From Kiritimatiellia bacterium (lineage in GTDB: Bacteria > Verrucomicrobiota > Kiritimatiellia > RFP12 > UBA1067), in assembly GCA_016284515.1 (NCBI GenBank), contig JAEEOY010000088.1:1-59664 (forward strand): DNA of 59,664 nt, read 5' to 3'. Position numbers and translations under genes: made by a program. Below the pieces are notes generated by a model. That model did no database searches. It saw only the letters and a program-made list of their open reading frames with translations, and had not been told where the DNA came from. Below, piece after piece: positions 9,811 through 18,197 of the stretch (position 1 is its first letter; each line of letters starts with the position of its first letter).

Positions 9811-10179
9811 ATGGGTATCAAGCTTATAGACAAGATCAACGCCGAGCAGACAGCGAAGCTCTCCGAGAAGAAGTTCCCCGAGTTCCGCACCGGCGACATC
9901 GTCCGCGTTTCCATCAAGATCAAGGAAGGCGAGAAGTTCCGCATCCAGGACTTCGAGGGCAAGGTCCTCGCGATCGACAACGGCCGTTCCAACGTTGCGG
10001 GCAACTTCACCGTCTCCCGCGATGCGTTCGGCGTCCGCGTCGAGAAGCTCTTCCCGTTCAACAGCCCGTGGATCCAGGCGATCAAGGTCGTCAAGAAGGG
10101 CAACGGATGGCGCGCGAAGCTCTACACGGAGCGCACCTTCTGCTCGCACAAGGCTGTCCGCAAGCTGGTGAAGAAATAA
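9811..10179 (+). CDS. rplS: 50S ribosomal protein L19
   Basis: PEFRTGDIVRV, IKEGEKFRIQDFEG, FTV, GVRVEKLFP. Confidence 0.93.
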   Translation: MGIKLIDKINAEQTAKLSEKKFPEFRTGDIVRVSIKIKEGEKFRIQDFEGKVLAIDNGRSNVAGNFTVSRDAFGVRVEKLFPFNSPWIQAIKVVKKGNGWRAKLYTERTFCSHKAVRKLVKK

Positions 10180-10217
10180 TCCCAGCGCACAGAGCCGCAA
10201 GTTCGGTGAATGAAACA

Positions 10218-10250
10218 GGCCGTCCCCAATGCGGGGGCGGTCCGTTTTTT
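10218..10250 (+). terminator. Rho-independent terminator after rplS
   Basis: GGCCGTCCCC/GGGGGCGGTC stem followed by a T run. Confidence 0.75.
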
Positions 10251-10258
10251 GGTATAAT
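10250..10258 (+). promoter_or_regulatory. Extended -10 promoter (TGGTATAAT)
   Basis: Consensus match upstream of ATG 10314. Confidence 0.65.
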
Positions 10259-10313
10259 ATCCCACACTTAACACCAACAGGAACATCTGCATTTCTACGA
10301 AAGGAATCTGAAA

Positions 10314-11492
10314 ATGGCAGTAACTGAAACGACCAAGGTATCGTGGGGTTCGAGGCTCGGAGCCTCCATAAAGGGCATTCTCGCGGGGCTCGCCCTCTTT
10401 GTGGTGGGCTTTCCCGTCCTCTTCTGGAACGAAGGCAACAGCGTGAAGACCGCCAAGGCGCTCGACGAGGGCGAGGGGGCGTGCATACCGGTCGAGTCGA
10501 TCGAGAAGATCGATCCCGAGATGGAGGGACAGCTCGTGCACATGACCGGCAAGGCGACGACCTCTGACGTCCTTTCCGACGACCAGTTCGGCGTTTCCGC
10601 CACGGCCATCGCGCTCGCGAGGAAGACCGAGATGTACCAGTGGGTCGAGCATTCCAAGACCGAGGAGAAGAAGAACCTCGGCGGCAGCGTCACCAAGACC
10701 ACGACGTACACCTACTCGCAGGAGTGGGTGGATAGCGCGATCGACTCGAGCGGATTCAAGGAGCAGGGACACGACAACCCCGGCATGATCGAGTTCCCCT
10801 CCGAGGAGACGCGCGCCGCGAACGTATCGTTCGGCGCCTTCCGCCTGAGCGAGAGCCAGATCGGCCGCATCGGATCCGAGCAGGCATATGCGTTCCCCAC
10901 CGACTTCGTCTGCAAGGTCGAGCGCGTGCAGATACAGGGCCGGACGATATATGTTCCGAACAAGACCACTCGCGACAACGAGAAGAACAACCGCGACGTC
11001 GCCTCGCAGCCGCGCGTGGGCGACATGCGCGTCAACTTCAGCGTCGTGTATCCGCACGACATCTCCATCGTCGCGAAGCAGAAGGGCGACACCTTCGTCG
11101 GATATCTCGCAAAGACAAAGAAGAAGATCGACATGCTCTCGGACGGAGTCAAGGACGCCGCGGAGATGTTCGAGGCGGCGCGCTCGGCCAACACGATGAT
11201 GACGTGGATCGTCCGCCTTGTCGGATTCCTCCTCATGTTCTTCGGACTCTCCATGGTCCTCAAGCCGCTGTCTGTTCTCGCTGACGTGCTGCCGATCCTC
11301 GGCAACATCGTCGAAATCGGCACCGGGCTTGTCGCAGGCGTCATTGCGTTCGTCTGCGCGCTCGTCACCATCGCCATCGCATGGATCTTCTACCGTCCGG
11401 TCCTTGGCATCCTGCTCCTCGCCGCGGCAGGCGCGGCAATCTTCCTCCTCTGGAAGAAAAAACAAGAAAAGAAGTCCGCCGTCGTCGCATAA
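10314..11492 (+). CDS. TMEM43 family (DUF1625) membrane protein
   Basis: LFWNEG, LVHMTG, RKTEMYQWVE, VGDMRV, several C-terminal TM helices. Confidence 0.85.
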   Translation: MAVTETTKVSWGSRLGASIKGILAGLALFVVGFPVLFWNEGNSVKTAKALDEGEGACIPVESIEKIDPEMEGQLVHMTGKATTSDVLSDDQFGVSATAIALARKTEMYQWVEHSKTEEKKNLGGSVTKTTTYTYSQEWVDSAIDSSGFKEQGHDNPGMIEFPSEETRAANVSFGAFRLSESQIGRIGSEQAYAFPTDFVCKVERVQIQGRTIYVPNKTTRDNEKNNRDVASQPRVGDMRVNFSVVYPHDISIVAKQKGDTFVGYLAKTKKKIDMLSDGVKDAAEMFEAARSANTMMTWIVRLVGFLLMFFGLSMVLKPLSVLADVLPILGNIVEIGTGLVAGVIAFVCALVTIAIAWIFYRPVLGILLLAAAGAAIFLLWKKKQEKKSAVVA

Positions 11493-11504
11493 ACGCCGAA
11501 AATT

Positions 11505-11513
11505 TGGTATAAT
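11505..11513 (+). promoter_or_regulatory. Extended -10 promoter (TGGTATAAT)
   Basis: Consensus match upstream of ATG 11563. Confidence 0.65.
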
Positions 11514-11562
11514 CCATCCATAAGTCAGTCAACAAACAAGCATTGCAAAGGAGCAAAAGACA

Positions 11563-12477
11563 ATGAAGAAGCTTACGACACTCGCGCTCGCGGCGTTCGC
11601 GGCCGCAGCGGCTTTCGCTGAAGGCGGAAACCTCCGCTACTCCATCATGGTCAACAAGTTCGAGAACAAGGCCAACTGGCGCGGACAGTGGGAGCTCGGC
11701 GACGCGTGGGGCACGATTCTCACCGACCAGCTTGTTCAGAGCGGCAAGTTCATCGTCCTCGGCGAGGCAGACATGCGCGGCGCGGCGATGCAGGAGCAGG
11801 ACCTCGCGGCGTCCGGACGCACCGCCGGCGGCAAGAAGGCTCCTCAGATGGGACGCATGACGCCAGCCCAGCTGCTCGTCAAGGGCGCGATCACCCACGT
11901 GCAGGAGACGAAGGGCGGCAGCGGAGGCTTCTCGCTCGGAAAGGGCATCCTCAGCGGCGTGTCCATCGGCGGCAGCGCCGGCGGCGCGGAGATCAACATC
12001 ACGATCTACATCTGCGACTCCGCGACCGGACAGGTCAAGGCGTCCAAGAGCGTGATCGGCAAGAGCGGAAAGCGCGGCATCGGTCTCGGCTACCACGGCA
12101 ACAAGCTCGGCGGCCTCACCGGCGACCTCGAGGGTTTCGAAAAGGACAATATGGGCCAGGCCTGCACCGATGCAGTCGCCCAGGCCGTCGAATTCCTCGT
12201 CGCCCAGCTCGAGACGATTCCGTGGGAGGGCTCCGTCTCTCTCGTTAAGCCGGACAAGCTCCTCATCAACCGCGGTTCGCGTGAAGGCGTCGCGGTCGGC
12301 ATGAAGTTTGACATCGGCAAGGTTGAGGAGATCGTCGACGAGGATACCGGAGAGGTGCTCGACAGCGAGATGACCAAGATCGGCACGGTAGTCGTAACAG
12401 AGGTGAAGGAGAAGATCTCCTACACGACTCCGCTCGAGGGCGCCGAAAAGGGCATGGGCGTCCATCCCGCAAAGTAA
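11563..12477 (+). CDS. CsgG/HfaB family protein with C-terminal beta domain
   Basis: Signal peptide; LTDQLVQSGKFIVL, EQDLAASGR, AQLLVKGAIT; C-terminal LLINRGSREGVAVG. Confidence 0.8.
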   Translation: MKKLTTLALAAFAAAAAFAEGGNLRYSIMVNKFENKANWRGQWELGDAWGTILTDQLVQSGKFIVLGEADMRGAAMQEQDLAASGRTAGGKKAPQMGRMTPAQLLVKGAITHVQETKGGSGGFSLGKGILSGVSIGGSAGGAEINITIYICDSATGQVKASKSVIGKSGKRGIGLGYHGNKLGGLTGDLEGFEKDNMGQACTDAVAQAVEFLVAQLETIPWEGSVSLVKPDKLLINRGSREGVAVGMKFDIGKVEEIVDEDTGEVLDSEMTKIGTVVVTEVKEKISYTTPLEGAEKGMGVHPAK

Positions 12478-12501
12478 TGTGAAGCGCAGCCAAACTGCGT
12501 G

Positions 12502-12534
12502 AAAAAGGGGCCGGCATCCGCCGGTCCTTTTTTT
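12502..12534. terminator. Rho-independent terminator (possibly bidirectional)
   Basis: AAAAAGGGGCCGGC-ATCC-GCCGGTCCTTTTTTT. Confidence 0.85.
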
Positions 12535-12562
12535 CATGCCCTGAAAATTTTTCGCACCCCCG

Positions 12563-12606
12563 TTGACAAGCCCACCCGATTTATGATAAAGTAATCGCGT
12601 GATTAC
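12563..12606 (+). promoter_or_regulatory. TetR-gene promoter (-35 TTGACA) with palindromic operator candidate GTAATCGCGTGATTAC (12591-12606)
   Basis: TTGACA at 12563; near-perfect 16-bp palindrome between the promoter and the RBS (AAAGGAG). Confidence 0.6.
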
Positions 12607-12625
12607 GATAAAAGGAGTTTCGGCG

Positions 12626-13282
12626 ATGGAGAAGACATTTAAGAGAAAGGCGCGGCAGGACGGCGTGGAGACGCGCGAGGCGATACTCGCTGCGGCGGAG
12701 GCGGAGTTCTCGGAGAAGGGCTTCGCGCTCGCCTCGGCGCGGGAGATCTGCCGCCGCGCGAAGGTCAACTCGGCTTTGATGAACCGCTACTTTGGCTCGA
12801 AGGAGGCGCTCTACCGCATTGTCGCGAAGCGGCTCTTCGGCGATCTCGGTGCGCCGCTTGCGCGGCTCGCGGACGGCGTGAAGGACGAAAAGTCGTGGCG
12901 TGCGGCTGTTAGCGAGTGGGTGGACGACATGCTCTTCATGACGCTTCCGACGGAGAAGGCGCAGAAGCTCTGCGCAGGGCTATTCCGCCACGAGGTGACG
13001 AGCCCCACGAAGTTCCACGCCGAGTTCAAGGAGTCGTTCGGACGTCCGGTATACGAGGGGCTGAAGAAGCTTCTCGCGATGAAGGTCAAGGACGACGAGC
13101 AGCTCGACCTCTGGGCGTCGTCCATCTGGGCGCAGGTTTCGGTCTATGCGCTTGCGGACGTCAAATGGCACGACTCCTTTAGGCCGAAGGGAATCGACAA
13201 CCGTGCCTGGGCCGAGAAGGTGAGAGACCACATCTGCGATGGAATCTTTGCATCGACAGCCGGGGAGAAATTAACCTTGTAG
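12626..13282 (+). CDS. TetR/AcrR family transcriptional regulator
   Basis: N-terminal HTH TREAILAAAEAEFSEKGF, REICRRAKVN, RYFGSKEALY. Confidence 0.92.
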   Translation: MEKTFKRKARQDGVETREAILAAAEAEFSEKGFALASAREICRRAKVNSALMNRYFGSKEALYRIVAKRLFGDLGAPLARLADGVKDEKSWRAAVSEWVDDMLFMTLPTEKAQKLCAGLFRHEVTSPTKFHAEFKESFGRPVYEGLKKLLAMKVKDDEQLDLWASSIWAQVSVYALADVKWHDSFRPKGIDNRAWAEKVRDHICDGIFASTAGEKLTL

Positions 13283-13340
13283 AACATGCAGAAAATGTAT
13301 CTACACGATCTACACGATCTACACGTTCTACACGGCTAAA
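13279..13340. repeat. Family B inverted 9-mer element (GTAGAACAT... / TCTACACGN x4, ending in CTAAA)
   Basis: gtagaacat gcagaaaat gta, then tctacacga tctacacga tctacacgt tctacacgg ctaaa; opposite arm also at 59404-59434. Confidence 0.85.
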
Positions 13341-13358
13341 CAATCAGGAGCAGAAGTA

Positions 13359-15404
13359 ATGAAAAACTCTTTTTTACCGCTTTATGTCACCAACTTCTTC
13401 GGGACGCTGAACGACAACTTCCTGAAGACGCTGGCGTGCCTGACCGTCATCGGATGGATTGCCGACGAGCGCGTGCGGTCGCTCCTGACGAGTGTTGTCG
13501 CGGGAATGCTCGTCCTGCCCTACATTCTCTGTTCGCCGCTTGCCGACCGGCTGACCGCCGTGTGGCCGAAGCGTCGGATCGTACGCGCGGCGAAATGGGC
13601 GGAACTTCCGATCATGGCCGTTGCGATTGCGGGCTTCGCGCTCCACTCACCGTGGTTCGTCATCGGCGCGGTTCTCCTGATGGGGCTTCAAAGCTCGCTC
13701 TACTCGCCCGCCAAGTACGCGCTTGTGCGCGACATCGGCGGCGCGGAGAGAATCTCGACCGGCATGGGCGGCATGGAGGGCGTCTCGTTTCTCGGCGTGC
13801 TGCTCGGCACTGTGGCGGGTGGCCTTGTGGCCGACCTTCAAGTCCGCCATTCCGAGTGGAATCTCGCCTACTGCTGCCTTGCGACATTCGCCGTGCTCGG
13901 CCTTGCGGCGAGCTACACAGTCAGGGCGAAAGAGGAGCTCAACCGCTCTTTCCACGCCATCAACCCGATTCGCTATATTGCCCGTGCCTACCGAATGGCC
14001 GGTCGCTACGACGGGCTCAATGCCGTCATCTTCACGCTCTCCGTCTTCTGGTGGGGCGCGGCGATGCTCCAGATGGGACTTCTCGTCTACGGCAAGTCGA
14101 AAGTCGGGCTAAACTTGAGCGACACCGGCACGGGGGTACTCCTTTGCGGCGCTGCCGTTGGCATCGTCGCCGGGCAGGTCATCGCCGGCTTTGTCGACAA
14201 ACGTCGCTTCCTTCTCGGCGCGACGCTCTTGACCGGCTGGATCGCCGCGGCGCTTTTTGCCGTTCTCTACTTCGTGCCGCTTTCGCCGACGGCGTTCGGC
14301 GTGGTGCTGGGGCTTCTTGCCTTCGATCTCGGCTTTTTCAAGCTGCCGTTCGACGCCGAGATACAGAAGGTCGTGAAGGGACCGAAGCTCAACACGATGC
14401 TTGCCTACTTCAACCAAGTGTCGTTTCTCTTCATGCTCGCGGCGAGCGGATGCTACGCGCTCGTGAGCTGGGCGTTCGGGCCGAAGGCGTTTCTCCTCTT
14501 GCTCGCGGTCGTCTTTCTCGTAGCGCCGTTCCTCTTCGTGTTCTGTTACCGCTCGGTTCTGCTGTGCGTCGGCCGCTGGGTCTTTGCCTGGAGATACAAG
14601 GTTGAGGTCGAGGATAAGACAGGATTAACAGGATTGACAGGATTAAGAGCTGGGGGAGATCCCCAGACCCCCGAAAATCTTGTTAATCCTGTAAATCCTG
14701 TCAAGAAAACATCGCTCCTCGTCTTGCCGAATCATCCGGCGATGGTGGACCCGATGCTCGTGGGCGTAACGTTCTGGAAGACGCCGCTTAAGCCGCTTTC
14801 AGACGAACTCTTCTTCCACACCGGCATCGTCGCTCCGCGCGTTTTGAAGACACTTGGCGCGGTGGCTGTTCCCGATCTTCGCAAGCACCGCACGGCGAAG
14901 GGCGCGACAATCGCGCGGGGTCTTGGCGACATCGTGAAGTCGACGCTTGAAGACGGCGGGAACGTCATCTTTTATCCCTCGGGGCACATCCAGACCGAGG
15001 GCGAGCAGGAAGACATCGGCACGCGCCAGCTCGCGTACAACATGTGCGGCGATCTGCCCGAGGGGGTGCGCGTCATTGGCGTCAGAACGCGCGGACTCTG
15101 GGGGTCGATCTGGTCGCGCAAGGGGCGCAAGAATTCGCCCTCGTTTGTGCCGACTTTCATCAAGAGCGTATTCCTGTGGTTCTTCTGGTCGCCGTTCGTC
15201 CCGCGCCGCCGCGTGACGATGCACATCGAGGACCTGACCGACCGCGTGAAGGAGTGGTCGAAGCTTACGCGGCTCGAGTTCAACCGAAAGCTGGAGGAGT
15301 GGTACAACGACGAACCACAGACCAACGCAGACGTGCCGTCGCTAACGCTCGGCCAAAATAACGCAAGCGTTAGCGCAGCGTTGTCTGCGAAAGTCTGTGG
15401 TTAA
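13359..15404 (+). CDS. MFS (LplT-like) transporter fused to a PlsC-like acyltransferase domain (Aas-like)
   Basis: TNFFGTLNDNFLK, LYSPAKYALV, ~12 TM helices; acyltransferase NHPAMVDP and FYPSG. Carries repeat-derived peptides at 14618-14702 and at the C-terminus. Confidence 0.85.
   Translation: MKNSFLPLYVTNFFGTLNDNFLKTLACLTVIGWIADERVRSLLTSVVAGMLVLPYILCSPLADRLTAVWPKRRIVRAAKWAELPIMAVAIAGFALHSPWFVIGAVLLMGLQSSLYSPAKYALVRDIGGAERISTGMGGMEGVSFLGVLLGTVAGGLVADLQVRHSEWNLAYCCLATFAVLGLAASYTVRAKEELNRSFHAINPIRYIARAYRMAGRYDGLNAVIFTLSVFWWGAAMLQMGLLVYGKSKVGLNLSDTGTGVLLCGAAVGIVAGQVIAGFVDKRRFLLGATLLTGWIAAALFAVLYFVPLSPTAFGVVLGLLAFDLGFFKLPFDAEIQKVVKGPKLNTMLAYFNQVSFLFMLAASGCYALVSWAFGPKAFLLLLAVVFLVAPFLFVFCYRSVLLCVGRWVFAWRYKVEVEDKTGLTGLTGLRAGGDPQTPENLVNPVNPVKKTSLLVLPNHPAMVDPMLVGVTFWKTPLKPLSDELFFHTGIVAPRVLKTLGAVAVPDLRKHRTAKGATIARGLGDIVKSTLEDGGNVIFYPSGHIQTEGEQEDIGTRQLAYNMCGDLPEGVRVIGVRTRGLWGSIWSRKGRKNSPSFVPTFIKSVFLWFFWSPFVPRRRVTMHIEDLTDRVKEWSKLTRLEFNRKLEEWYNDEPQTNADVPSLTLGQNNASVSAALSAKVCG
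14618..14702. repeat. Family A inverted element (ACAGGATTA x3 ... AATCCTGTN x3) inserted in frame in the CDS
   Basis: gacaggattaacaggattgacaggatt-N29-aatcttgttaatcctgtaaatcctgtc; translates as TGLTGLTGL...LVNPVNPV. Confidence 0.95.
15313..15402. repeat. Family C hairpin element copy 1 (forms the C-terminus of the Aas-like gene)
   Basis: Terminal IR AACCACAGAC/GTCTGTGGTT; inner IR CGCTAACGCT/AGCGTTAGCG; the final T begins the TAA stop. Confidence 0.95.
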
Positions 15405-15428
15405 AAACGAAGGATGATGAGATGAAAG

Positions 15429-15524
15429 AACCGCAGACGAACGCAGACGTGCCGTCGCTAACGCTCGGCAGAGATAAAGGAGGCGCAAGCGTAAGCGCAG
15501 CGCAGTCTGCGAAAGTCTGTGGTT
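15429..15524. repeat. Family C hairpin element copy 2 (also a 34-aa mini-ORF, 15422-15526)
   Basis: Near-identical to copies 1 and 3; ORF MKEPQTNADVPSLTLGRDKGGASVSAAQSAKVCG*. Confidence 0.95.
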
Positions 15525-15550
15525 AAACAATAAGCAAAAGGAGACAAGCT

Positions 15551-16027
15551 ATGGTAACAAAGGAAGAAACAGGTAAGATAATTGGCGTATGCATGGATGT
15601 GTTCCATGAACTTGGTTCAGGATTTCTGGAGCCTGTATACCAGGACGCGGCCGAGATAGCCTTCAGGCAGGCTGGCATTCCCTTTGTTCGCGAGGCGCAA
15701 TGTCCGATTTATTTCCGAGGTGTGAAGATCAATCGGAATTATGAGGCGGATTTTGTTTGCTATGGAGAAGTGATTCTTGAGTTCAAGGCGGTGAAGTGCT
15801 TTGCGCCGGAGCACAAGGCGCAGTTGATCAATTATCTCAAGGCGACACGCATTCCTCTTGGGTATCTCATCAACTTTCACGGTGAGAGGCTGATTTGGGA
15901 GCGCATCGTCTACACTTCGGCAGAGAGTAAACCGCAGACGAACGCAGACGGGCCTTCGCTAACGCTCGGCCAGGATAAAAAAGGCGCAAGCGTTAGCGCG
16001 GCGCAGTCTGCGAAAGTCTGTGGTTAA
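15551..16027 (+). CDS. GxxExxY protein (PD-(D/E)XK-like nuclease, PDDEXK_3), copy 1, with repeat-derived C-terminal tail
   Basis: GFLEPVY motif; YEADFVCYGEVILEFKAV; LLNYLKAT-like QLINYLKAT; GYLINF. Confidence 0.95.
   Translation: MVTKEETGKIIGVCMDVFHELGSGFLEPVYQDAAEIAFRQAGIPFVREAQCPIYFRGVKINRNYEADFVCYGEVILEFKAVKCFAPEHKAQLINYLKATRIPLGYLINFHGERLIWERIVYTSAESKPQTNADGPSLTLGQDKKGASVSAAQSAKVCG
15930..16025. repeat. Family C hairpin element copy 3 (3' end of GxxExxY copy 1)
   Basis: aaccgcagacgaacgcagac...gtctgcgaaagtctgtggtt(aa). Confidence 0.95.
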
Positions 16028-16070
16028 AAACGCAAAGAGGTATTAACAGGATTAAGAAAGGAGCGGAAGC

Positions 16071-17264
16071 ATGAATGTCAACAGAGTGTATGCCGAGGCG
16101 ATAGCGAAATGGGAAGGCGCCAAATCCTGGAGTGGCGACAAGGCGACAAAGCCGTTTGCCGTTCTGTGGGATGATCCGGAAAGCGGCGCGGACTTGAAGG
16201 TCGTGTACAGGACGCCGAAGGAAGAGGGCGTATCCCTGCTCCTGCTTGGGTTCGCGACATGTGTCGTCTTGGCGGCGATTACCGCTCTCCTTTGTCGTGC
16301 CTTTCAGCCAATGTGCGCCATCTTGATAGGCGTACCGCTAATCTTGGCTTTTGCTGTCATCGTGGTGGTTCGCGCCATGCGCCTTGGATGGGTTCGCATG
16401 GAGTATGAGTTCAGGCGAGGAATCGCCACCGTGCGCTATTCAATGGCGGAACACTGGAAGCGTGAGTGGTCGTTCCCCTACAACGACAGGACGAGGCTCT
16501 TCTCCCGCCTGCGGCCGTTCGCCTGTGGGTTCGTCATATCGGAATACGGATTTGTGGATGAGGCGGGCAGCGTCCTGTTTCGCACAAAGCAGGCGATGGA
16601 GCTTCCTCACTACGACTACTTCTCGCTTGTCGTGACGGGTTATCTTTCGCGCGACGAAGACGAAGATAAGTCCGCACGGGATATTGCGGAAAAGTATCGT
16701 GAATGCACTTTGCGTGACAAATCGCTGTCGAGAAAGTGGTGGGCTTTCGTTGTTGTTTCCGCTACGATTGTAATCGCCATGCAATTCATTGACAGCTGTA
16801 GAAAGCCGACAAAGGAAGAAGATCGTGTGCAGAAGGTGATATATGAGGCGTTCCTCAACGGCGGCGACTATCTGGCGGTTGCCGAGGCACAGAAGGCCAA
16901 GTGCGGCAATCGCGCGCAGAAGGGGATAGACGAGGTGTTGGATTACTGTGCGGAATTCTCGGCGGCGCGGCAAGAGCTGAAGGATGCGGGGGCGATTGAG
17001 GACGCTCGCAGTCGCCGTGAAGTGGCGCAGGGAGTAGCTTCAAGATTGCGCGAACGGGTAAAGGCGATGGAAGCCGTCAGACGCAGAAGCGTTGCCAATT
17101 ATGTCTTTGCCCATTCCTTCGAGGATCTGGTTGGGGTGGCCGAATCACTGCGTTCCGCTCCAGACGGCAAGGTAATCGTAATCATAAACGAGAACATGAA
17201 AACCATCATAAACGAGAACATGAAAACCGCCGCGCCGCAACAATCATCGGAGGAAACGAAATGA
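16071..17264 (+). CDS. Hypothetical membrane protein
   Basis: RBS AAAGGAG; three hydrophobic segments; lower GC than core genes. Confidence 0.75.
   Translation: MNVNRVYAEAIAKWEGAKSWSGDKATKPFAVLWDDPESGADLKVVYRTPKEEGVSLLLLGFATCVVLAAITALLCRAFQPMCAILIGVPLILAFAVIVVVRAMRLGWVRMEYEFRRGIATVRYSMAEHWKREWSFPYNDRTRLFSRLRPFACGFVISEYGFVDEAGSVLFRTKQAMELPHYDYFSLVVTGYLSRDEDEDKSARDIAEKYRECTLRDKSLSRKWWAFVVVSATIVIAMQFIDSCRKPTKEEDRVQKVIYEAFLNGGDYLAVAEAQKAKCGNRAQKGIDEVLDYCAEFSAARQELKDAGAIEDARSRREVAQGVASRLRERVKAMEAVRRRSVANYVFAHSFEDLVGVAESLRSAPDGKVIVIINENMKTIINENMKTAAPQQSSEETK
17181..17228 (+). repeat. 24-bp tandem duplication (IINENMKT x2)
   Basis: atcataaacgagaacatgaaaacc twice. Confidence 0.9.
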
Positions 17265-17308
17265 ATGCTCGGCTGATGTTTGCGCGGTGTGTCGCGGGAA
17301 GGTTTCTA

Positions 17309-17756
17309 GACAGGATTAACATGATTAACAGGATTAAGAATGATGAATATAGATGAATTATGCTATAAGGTCATTGGGGCTGCGATGGCAGTGCATCGGC
17401 ACTTTGGCCCCGGATACCTCGAGGAGGTGTATAAAAACGCCTTGATAGTGGAGTTGACGGCGCTTGGTATTCACACAGAAAAAGAAGTTCCCATTGCGGT
17501 TAACTACAAAGGCATTCGCGTGGGAGATTATAGGGCCGATGTAATAGTTGATAATCGACTCATTCTAGAATTGAAAGCTGTAACGAATATCAACCCAAGT
17601 CATGAGGCCCAGGTTGTGAACTATCTTAATGCGACTGGAATAGAGGATGGGCTCTTGATCAATTTTGGAGCGCACTCTCTTCAGCACAAACACAAATACC
17701 GTGTGTATCGCCAGCCGCAGGCTCTTAATCCTGTCAATCCTGTAAATCCTGTCTAA
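17309..17756 (+). mobile_element. Putative element: family A inverted arms enclosing GxxExxY copy 2
   Basis: Left arm 17309-17336 (GACAGGATTAACATGATTAACAGGATT); right arm 17727-17753 plus TAA. Mobility is inferred only. Confidence 0.55.
17340..17756 (+). CDS. GxxExxY protein (PD-(D/E)XK-like nuclease, PDDEXK_3), copy 2
   Basis: GYLEEVY motif; YRADVIVDNRLILELKAV; QVVNYLNAT; GLLINFG; ends in arm-encoded NPVNPVNPV*. Confidence 0.96.
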   Translation: MMNIDELCYKVIGAAMAVHRHFGPGYLEEVYKNALIVELTALGIHTEKEVPIAVNYKGIRVGDYRADVIVDNRLILELKAVTNINPSHEAQVVNYLNATGIEDGLLINFGAHSLQHKHKYRVYRQPQALNPVNPVNPV

Positions 17757-17826
17757 AAAACAAAAGGGAGAAGTAGAGATGAATATGCGAAAGAGATTTG
17801 CTCTGGGTAACGCGGGAAGGTTTTTA

Positions 17827-17902
17827 GACAGGATTAACAAGATTAACAGGATTATGAGAAGAGGATGGAAGTCTTAATCTTGTGAATCCTGTAAATCCTG
17901 TC
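17827..17902. repeat. Family A element, empty (about 22-bp loop)
   Basis: Left arm 17827-17853; right arm 17876-17902 followed by TAAA. Confidence 0.95.
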
Positions 17903-17928
17903 TAAAGCAGAAAAGGAAGGAAGCAGAA

Positions 17929-18132
17929 ATGATCAACGGAATGACATGGGGAATCTACTATCTGATTCTGTTTGCAGTTTCGTTTGCAGGCTGCCTTGGG
18001 TGGGCTTTGAAACTGATTCGCGGCAACAAGCAGGGGCGTGCGGTAATGGTGATGCTGCTGGGTCCGTTTTGCTTCGCCTCTGTAGTCTGGGTTGCAACAT
18101 TGATCGTCGTGCTTTGCATGTATGGTATTTAG
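17929..18132 (+). CDS. Small hypothetical membrane protein (67 aa, 2 TM)
   Basis: RBS AAGGAAGG; two hydrophobic helices; AT-richer. Confidence 0.65.
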   Translation: MINGMTWGIYYLILFAVSFAGCLGWALKLIRGNKQGRAVMVMLLGPFCFASVVWVATLIVVLCMYGI

Positions 18133-18160
18133 CCACAAAGAACACAAAGGTCACAAAGAG
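18131..18160 (+). repeat. CACAAAG 9-mer repeat arm
   Basis: agccacaaagaacacaaaggtcacaaagag, directly after the stop codon. Confidence 0.75.
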
Positions 18161-18197
18161 GAGCGGAGAAATGGAAATGAACGCGGGAAGGTTTTTA

